Source of the DNA: Erysipelotrichaceae bacterium
GTDB taxonomy: Bacteria; Bacillota_I; Bacilli_A; Erysipelotrichales; Erysipelotrichaceae
Length of the DNA: 32,000 bases
NCBI GenBank assembly: GCA_963676105.1
Contig: OY781039.1
Span: forward strand, 540,001 to 572,000
Direction of reading: 5' to 3'
In this document: positions 17,409-25,500 of the stretch, piece by piece
Layout of the letters: the number at the start of each line of letters is the position of its first letter
Numbering within the stretch: position 1 is the first letter of the stretch
The notes under the pieces: model-generated
Databases searched by the model: none
What the model saw: the letters and a program-made list of their open reading frames with translations, nothing else
Told to the model about the DNA's origin: nothing
Made by a program: the position numbers and the translations under genes

Positions 17409-17647
17409 GTATGAAAATATATGTTGATGTTGTTGTCTTGAATACCAAAGAAGGTCAAATCAAACCACTCATGATTATTTGGAAAAACGGCATTAAATAT
17501 GCAATTGATAAAGTATCTCAAGTGACACGCGCTGCATCTACCATCGCTGGTGGGACAGGAATTCGTTATACCTGTCAAATACAAGGACAACAACGTTATT
17601 TATTTCTAGAAGAAGATAAATGGTTTATTGAGAAAAAAGAAGCATAA
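17405..17647 (+). CDS. Small (80 aa) protein translationally coupled to the Y-family polymerase, function unknown
   Basis: The ATGA start/stop overlap with the polymerase gene and the terminator directly downstream support it as a real gene. The minus-strand ORF 17390..17593 that overlaps it is less plausible. No motif recognised. Confidence 0.6.
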   Translation: MSMKIYVDVVVLNTKEGQIKPLMIIWKNGIKYAIDKVSQVTRAASTIAGGTGIRYTCQIQGQQRYLFLEEDKWFIEKKEA

Positions 17648-17673
17648 AAAGCGATGATTTAAGTCATCGCTTT
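17648..17673. terminator. Bidirectional intrinsic terminator between convergent genes
   Basis: AAAGCGATGA tttaag TCATCGCTTT: 10-bp stem flanked by A5 and T-rich runs. Overlaps the mscS stop codon. Confidence 0.8.
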
Positions 17674-18607
17674 AGTCCTTTTTAAGTAAAACCATATGAG
17701 GATATGGAATACCAATTTCGTATTTATCAAAGAGCACTTTAATCGCCGCTCGCATATCTCTCTCCGCTTGGAAGCGATACTCTTCGACTACCTTACCTGC
17801 AAACTTAATATTAATACTTGAATCTGCAAATTCAGTTGGTCCAATATAATTTGGTCCATCAATAAATTTTGGTAAGAATTCTTTAAGTTCAACCGTATGT
17901 TCTTTAAGAATTTCATGGACCTTAACAAAGTCATCATATTCAACACCGACCTCTACCACCGCAAGTGATAAAGATGATGATAAATTAACAACCGTCTTAA
18001 TCTCAGAGTTATTGATAATTTTCATATGTCCACTCACATCTTGTAGTTGAGTAGTGCGTAAGCCTAAACTTTTAACTTGACCTCTAAAACCATCAATCAC
18101 AATATAATCCCCGACTTTATAAGATTTTTCAAAAACAATAAAGAGACCACTAATCATATCACTGATTAAACTTTGAGCACTTAAGCCAACCACTAAACCT
18201 AAAATCCCAACTGAAGCAAATAATGTTAATGAATCGACACCAAAAGCTAATAAGACCAAGATAATGAGAATAATAGCAACAATATAGTCAACAAAAGAAT
18301 TAATTAATTTAGCCGCTGTTTCACCTAAACTACTTAGCGATAAAATTTTTGAGGTAAATGTTCTCAAAAGTTTTGAACCCATCACAACAATCAATATATA
18401 AATCAACGTTTTTAAGAAATTTGGAAAATTCGTGTCAAACCATTGTGCAATAATATCTAATCCACTACTATCCGCAATAAATATCGGGGATAAAAATGAA
18501 TTTGCGCCAAATAAATCGTGTCCAAATACAGAAATAAGCACAATTAATGAGGATAATATCCAAAGCGATATTTGAATGATTTTTTTGTTTTTTTCAAGTT
18601 GGTTCAT
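17672..18607 (-). CDS. mscS: Small-conductance mechanosensitive channel (MscS family)
   Basis: Three or more N-terminal TM helices, then the MscS core GLVVGLSAQSLISDMISGLFIVFEKSYKVGDYIVIDGFRGQVKSLGLRTTQLQDVSGHMKIINNSE. AAGGAG SD. Only 13 nt downstream of the preceding gene. Confidence 0.9.
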   Translation of the reverse strand: MNQLEKNKKIIQISLWILSSLIVLISVFGHDLFGANSFLSPIFIADSSGLDIIAQWFDTNFPNFLKTLIYILIVVMGSKLLRTFTSKILSLSSLGETAAKLINSFVDYIVAIILIILVLLAFGVDSLTLFASVGILGLVVGLSAQSLISDMISGLFIVFEKSYKVGDYIVIDGFRGQVKSLGLRTTQLQDVSGHMKIINNSEIKTVVNLSSSLSLAVVEVGVEYDDFVKVHEILKEHTVELKEFLPKFIDGPNYIGPTEFADSSINIKFAGKVVEEYRFQAERDMRAAIKVLFDKYEIGIPYPHMVLLKKD

Positions 18608-18620
18608 AATAATTACTCCT

Positions 18621-19526
18621 TTAATAATAAACCTTATAACTAGCAGTTTTAATCACTGCATTTTCGTCTGATGGATAAGATGATTTAGCATATACATCCA
18701 CATTCAAGTAAGTTCGTTGAAGTGATGATATATCGATACTTGTCACTTGATTAACATCAACTTGACTGACTCGCACAACATTAATCCCATCTGTCACTAC
18801 AATTTCTACATCAGAATAATAATGTCCTTCATCTTCATAAGTTAAAGTGATTGATAATTGATTACTACCATAATCTATATTGGTAGAATTGACTTTTAAG
18901 ACCCCTTTAGGAAAGAGTGGTGCCCCAGCTGTCGTGATTTTATAGGATTTTAAACCTATCATCCCACCCCCATAATCGGCTGATATCACAATTTCATAAG
19001 CATGTTCAGACACTAGATTCTCAAAACTTACATTATCTGTTGATGTATAAAGTTCAATACTTGAAATAAGTTCAGTTGTTTCTTGATCGGTAATTTCAAT
19101 TAAGTAAGGTGTTTCAACTGTTTCTCCTACGAAATCAAATTGAATTTCTTGATGAGTGATTAACCAATCATTTGTGTCAACATTTGGTGCACTAACAACG
19201 ACTGCACCCACAGCTACTACAGTGACAACCGCTACAGCTGTTGGGGCAACACTAGCAGCTGCACTAGCTGCACTTGATCCACTGGCTGAACTACTCGCCG
19301 ATTGAAGTGCTTGTATTTTTTTAAGTTCTTGGTCTGATGGATTGATTGTTTTATTCAATTGCTGATCTAAAAGATTATCTTCTGATTTGTTTTTCAAACT
19401 AAGTTCATCACCAACTTTTAAATCTGTTTCATCTTTTCTTAAATTGATTTCATCAACGCTATTAAAATTTTGTTCTTCTTGTACATCACGACTTATTTCG
19501 TCATTATTACCGTTAAATTCTGTCAT
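18621..19526 (-). CDS. Single-pass (type II-like) membrane protein: acidic cytoplasmic N-terminus, Ser/Ala-rich linker, one TM, beta-rich ectodomain of ~190 aa; unknown function
   Basis: TM segment APTAVAVVTVVAVGAVVVSAP. Its start overlaps the 3' end of the 2175-aa gene by 14 nt. GAGAGAAG upstream of the ATG. Confidence 0.7.
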   Translation of the reverse strand: MTEFNGNNDEISRDVQEEQNFNSVDEINLRKDETDLKVGDELSLKNKSEDNLLDQQLNKTINPSDQELKKIQALQSASSSASGSSAASAAASVAPTAVAVVTVVAVGAVVVSAPNVDTNDWLITHQEIQFDFVGETVETPYLIEITDQETTELISSIELYTSTDNVSFENLVSEHAYEIVISADYGGGMIGLKSYKITTAGAPLFPKGVLKVNSTNIDYGSNQLSITLTYEDEGHYYSDVEIVVTDGINVVRVSQVDVNQVTSIDISSLQRTYLNVDVYAKSSYPSDENAVIKTASYKVYY

Positions 19527-22500
19527 TATCTTCTCTCATTTCTTCCATCTTTAAATCATTTCTAAGTTTTAAAATATATAAACCCAAATAAAGCATGATA
19601 ATCAGTTCTACAAATAGATATAAATAAGCATTGAGTGGATAAACAAGAATAATTAATGAGCTTAATACTTTTTGATGATGAAGCTTCATTTTTAATAGAA
19701 AAATATAAATAATTTGAAGAAGGATGAAAACAATTCCAGTAGATATAAAAGCACTTAAATTACTTGTTTTTACACCAGGATCACCTTCCATTGGATTTGC
19801 CATTAAATAAATTTTCCCAAAAGCATTTGTTGTATAAGTCACTACATTTTCAACCACAACAGTGTCATATACTTCAACAACACCATCATTTACCATTAAT
19901 ATTTTGATATCTTCACGATCTCGATATTCTTCTGGAAGTATTAAACTTATTTGAAATGCCCCACTCTTATCTTCTAACTCTACAATTTGCATATTTGCAT
20001 CCAATAGTTGCACATCAGCTTCAGCGAATATATATTGATTTGAAATAATAGATTGAAGCTTGTCTATATCTATTGAAGTGCTAGTATTCAATATTTTTCC
20101 AGAATTAATTAAGTCATAAACCAAACTTGAATTTCCAAGTGTTTTTGATAGTTGTACACTCGCACTAATTCCTTTCGCTAAACCATTTTCACTTGTGACT
20201 GATAAATAAATTGATTTTGGATTTAGATCAGTCGCATCAAAACTTGGGCTACTTGGATTTATCAATCCACTACGTGCAACTTTTACTTGATTAAAATCAT
20301 ATATGGCTTGATTAATTAGAATAATTTTCTCTTCTAAACTTATATTAGAATTAGATATTTGATTATTAATACGATTAAAAATAGCATTTAAAGTGTCTAA
20401 ACCTGACATTGTATAATCTGCAGATTGATCATTAGCATATAAATTAAAAATATCAGCAAGTTCTTGTAATGCTGTATCATAACTAGCTTGTACTACTATT
20501 TTTTGTTCATATTCTTTTATAATCTCTTCAATATCATCGATAGTTTCAAGATCTTCAATTAAAGCAATTAATTCTTCCTTTAAAGCTAGCATTTCAGGTG
20601 TAGTATTCATATTTTCTAATTCAGTAGATATTAAAGTATTCACATCTTCAATCGCTGATTTCTTCTCATCGCTGAGAACTTGTGCATCTAATTCAAGCAT
20701 TAGTTTTTGCATTTTTTCATTCAAAAGAATAGGATCTTCAATGAGTAATATCTCAACTTTAAATGCATCGATGAGTTTGATTAACTGAGAACTTGCATCT
20801 TCAATATTATTAAAGTAATTATCCAATAAATTTTCAGCTAAGTTTTTAGAATCCAATAAAATTTGTAAGTCTGCTTTTTTAATTAAATCTGCAATATAAG
20901 CATCTATTGCAGATGATGAAGTAAGTGTAGAAATATGAGTTTTTGCATCTGCAATTAAAGCTAATATAGCTGGACTTGGATCAATAATAGATGTGAGATA
21001 AGCATCTAATTGATTATTCGCATTTGAAAGTGCTGTACTAACATCTGTTGTGCTAGTACTTGTTTTATTAATATTGCTTACAGTTACTATCGTTTCTGTA
21101 ATATTCCCTGCATTGTCTGTGGCAATAAATGTAAAACTACCATTTTCAGTAAATGTATGACTTGTAGTATTGAGTGTTCCTTCATTTGAACTAACTGTTA
21201 TTGTGACATCTTGATTGGTAGTGGTAGTTGGAATAATAGGTACTGAAATAATCGGTGCTGTTTTATCAATTGTAAAATCTATACTATTTTCATTTCCTAA
21301 TTCATCTGAAATGACTAAGTTATAATCACCCTCTTCTGATATTATTTCTCCACTACTTAGATTTGTCATCAGTACTTCAGATCCACTTGATAATGTACCT
21401 GTTAAATTCGCTTGTCCTTCTGTAAATAAAATTTTTATATCTGTATTATAAGATTCACCATTAATGATTCCATCAAGCTCTGGTGCACTATTATCTAAAT
21501 TAAAAGATAAACTTGAATATTCTTTGATATTACCTAAATTATCAATGGCTTGAACATGTAAATAATAGGTCCCAGAAACACTATCTAATGTGATCGAATT
21601 ATTATTTGTAGTAGATGTAAAAAATCCAGTACTTGGAAAACTAGAACTATTCGTCCATTGATAAGCAATACTACTTAATGAAACTGAACTATCAACACTA
21701 ACCGATAAAACAGTACTTATTGATTGACTCGCTGTACTAGATCCATTAACACTTAAATTAATAAGTGGTAAAACTCGATAAATAGAATTTATAGTTATTG
21801 TATTTACTGATTCATTTCCCGCAAGATCTCTTGCATATACTGTATAAACTCCATTTTCTGATACATTAAAACTCGAAGTAAAATCGATACCTTCACTACT
21901 GAAAAATTCAATTGTTTGATTACCACTCGCGTATTTACTTATATATGTATTTGTTTCAGAAATTACTGATAAAACACTAACATTTTGATTAGTTAAACTT
22001 GTGTCTGCAGATAATTGAATCGTAGGTACTATTTTATCGATGTTAGAAATGGTAATTGTTTCTACAGTTTCATAACCTGCATCATCCTTAGCATATACTG
22101 TGTAAGTTCCATTTTCACTTACTGAGAAATTAGATGTAAATACTGTTCCAGCACCCAAAAAGTACGAAGCAGTTTGAACTCCACTAGCCCATTTAGAAAT
22201 ACTTAGGTTAGCTTCTGTAATGTTTGCAGTGATATTGAGATTTTGATTTGTAATAGTACTAGGTGCTGATAATGAAATAGCTGGAGCAGTTTTATCAATT
22301 TTAAAATTAACAGTAGTACTATTTCCAACGCTATCTGAAATGACGAATTCATAGTTTCCATCAGCACTAATATTTGTAGCACTTGTATAAGCAATACCAT
22401 TTAGTGTGGCTGATCCTGACGTAAAAGAAATCGCTATATCAGTAGTAGAAATTTCTCCATTATTAATACCTGTGAAACTTGGTGCAGTTGTATCAATCGT

Positions 22501-25500
22501 AAAGTTGACGATCGTTTGATTTGATGCAGAATCTGTTACGACTAAAACATAATCACCTGCACCACTAATACTTACACCTGAATTATAATTTGAACCATTT
22601 AATGTCGCTGTACCCTCATTATATTGAACAATCAAATCTGAATTATATGATTGTCCCTCTATAACGCCAGTCACAACAGGTGCAATTTTATCAATGTTAG
22701 AAATGGAAATTGTTTCTACAGTTTCATATCCAAGCGCATCTTTTACGTAAACTGAATATACACCGTTTTCTGAAACACTAAAACTTGAATTAAAAACTGT
22801 ACCTGAATTTATAAAATATGAAGCTAGCTGTTCACCACTCGCCCATTTACTTTGACTTAAATGATCTTCTATAATACTTGCGGTTATAATCACATTATTG
22901 TTGGTTAAAGAAGTAATTGATGGACTAAGCGATACAATAGGAGAAGTTGTATCAATGGTATCAATGGTAATTGTTTGAAGACTTTGATGTCCTACTTTAT
23001 CCACTGCATAAACCGAATAAGTTCCATTATCACTAACAGTAAAACTTGTATCAAACACAGTCCCTAAACTACTGAAATAATCAATTGTTTGAGATCCACT
23101 GGCCCATTTAACTGTATCTAAATTGACTTCGTTTATTTCAGCAGATATTGTCACATTCGAATTTGTAAGGGTGCTTGGTGCACTTAAACTAATGACTGGA
23201 CTCGTATTATCAATTGTAAAATGAATAACGGTTTGATTTGAAATTGAATCTGTCACTGTTAATGTATAAGTTCCGTCTTGATTAATGCTTGACCCACTGA
23301 CAAAAGGATTAATTGTTAATGTTCCACTTAATACAGCTGTTCCATCTGAAAAACTAATACTTTGATCTGATGTATAATAACCACCCTCAGATATACCTGT
23401 TATTTCTGGTGCTGTTTTATCAATATTAGAAATACTTATTGTATTAACACTCGCATTCCCAGCTGCATCTAATGCATAAATAGTATAAGTTCCATTTTCA
23501 CTTACGATAAAAGATGATGTAAAAGATGTTCCTGCTGTTTGAAAATAACTTGTATCCTGTGTGCCTAAAGCATATTTAGATATGTACGTATGATCATCAC
23601 TTATACTTGCATTAATTGTTATGTCTTGATTAGTTAAAACTGTCGTACTAGCACTTAAGTTAATCACCGGTGCTGTTTTATCGATATTAGAAATAGTAAT
23701 AGTTTCAGTTTTTGTTGTATCCAAACTATTTCGTGCGCTAAAAGTATACGTGCCGTTTTGCGTAAATGTATAGGTTTCACTTTGACTAGTATTAATTGTC
23801 CCATCAAAAGTACCAACATTAGTGCTCGCAGTCACATCAATATTTCCATTTGTTAGATCTGTTGAATAGGAGGTAATATTTATTTGCCAAGTTTGCCAAA
23901 CTAAATTTGTCCCATTGACTACTCCATATAATGAACTATCTTTGTTGTTTATTATGGTTCCATTCGCAATTGATTTACCACTTGTAATTGTCCCAAAGAC
24001 ATCATTTGTTTGATAAAAAGAGTTACTATAAATACCAATTTTACCAGTAAAGTTATCACTGATGTTTAATTGAGAATTATTAACATATTGAATATCAAAA
24101 TCACCTGTATAAGCATTATTGGTGTTTTTATTATTTACAACACTCGCATTTGCGCTTACGTTAATCATTCCACCTGTTTCAATATAAATTGTTCCATAGG
24201 TATTAGTAGCTGTTACTGAATCAATAGAACTATTGTCATGAATACTACCACCATTAATATTTAAAGTACCAAGTGATGATACATAAATGACACTTGGATA
24301 ATATTTATCTCTATTATTGAAAATATCTCCACCATTTATAGTGACAGTACCGTTAAATACATTGATAACACTTGCGTATTTGTTCGCATCAGTATATTGA
24401 TAATAAAAATTCTTTATCACTACACCATCATTTATCACAAGATTTCCTGCAGTTGGCGTAGCACTCGTAACACTATCATATTGTCCCACGAAAATAATTG
24501 AATACCAACTATCTGTGTTATTCCCATCCAAAATAACATTGCTTAAATTTAATGTACTTCCTTCTTCAATCCCAAACCAAGCATTTAGACCATTTTTTGT
24601 AATGGTATATGTATGTCCTATTTCAGATGTAATCGTGATTGATTTATTTTTAATACGTATAAAAGTATTTTTAGTAAAATCTTTAAGAAGATAAATTGTG
24701 TCTCCATCAACTGCATTATTTATTGCTGAATCTAGACTTGAGTAAACACCGTTTAAAACAGCTTCATAATCTGATTTCCATTGTGCATACAATGTAATAT
24801 CACTATCTAAAGTAATCGTACTATTTGCTGCGTAACTTGTACCACTACCATCAGCTTGAGTATTCCAATTAACAAAGGAATAGTTTGTTTTAGCGAGCGT
24901 ATTTTTTGTTGAAACAGTTGTGCTAGTTCCTACTCTTTGAGTGATAGAATTTGGCGTAATCCCTGATGTACTTGTATTGCCATCATAAGTTAAGGTATAG
25001 GTTTGAATACTTACATTTGTTTTTTGACTAATGGTAATATCGGGATCACCTGGCATACCACCATATTCAATAATGTAATTAGGCACATAATAACTACTTT
25101 CATTTGGATGAAAAGCAAAATCATTCCATAAACCTTGCGTATAGTAATTTAAAACACCAAAATTCTCACCATCTACTAAACCTAAATTAAAGTTATTAGG
25201 TTCACCACTATACCAACCAGTATAAAAAGTTTTTGTTGTACTTGAATCAAGATAAGTTTGAGCTGTGTTTGTGCTCTTTTCATAAAAAAGTGAGCCTGCT
25301 TCTGGTCCAGTTGCCCAATACCAATGTCCTTCTGATGCACTTTGATCAGCATATTGATTTAATCCAAGGGCAGTATTAATCGCAGTATAATCATCAGTTG
25401 CGCCAAACCAAGTTTTAGGTAGTGTCAAAGTCGCAATAAAAGTGTTTTCAGGGGCAGTTATAATGGTAGCTAAATAACCCTGTAAGCCAAATAATTTGTT

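Noticed and set aside
17390-17593. 67-aa minus-strand ORF overlapping the polymerase 3' end and the 80-aa ORF
   Set aside because: It would be transcribed against a terminator-bounded plus-strand operon, lacks an SD and is Cys-rich. The plus-strand 80-aa ORF has ATGA coupling and a terminator, so that one is preferred, though with only moderate confidence.
17405-17647. Calling the 80-aa ORF a YolD-like protein
   Set aside because: YolD-like genes usually precede the polymerase gene and encode somewhat larger proteins. I cannot see a diagnostic motif, so only the positional analogy is reported.
15467-17647. Whether the SOS cassette, the IS and the SRAP gene together mark a prophage, ICE or genomic island
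   Set aside because: There is no integrase, recombinase, phage structural gene, conjugation gene or flanking att-like repeat in the window. The IS lies 8 kb away with its own 3-bp duplication, and the flanking genes are core housekeeping genes.
21061-23889. Possibility that the periodic repeats are a CRISPR array or a non-coding satellite
   Set aside because: The repeats are ~200-290 bp, divergent, and lie in one uninterrupted 6.5-kb reading frame encoding Ig-like modules. There is no short-repeat/unique-spacer architecture.
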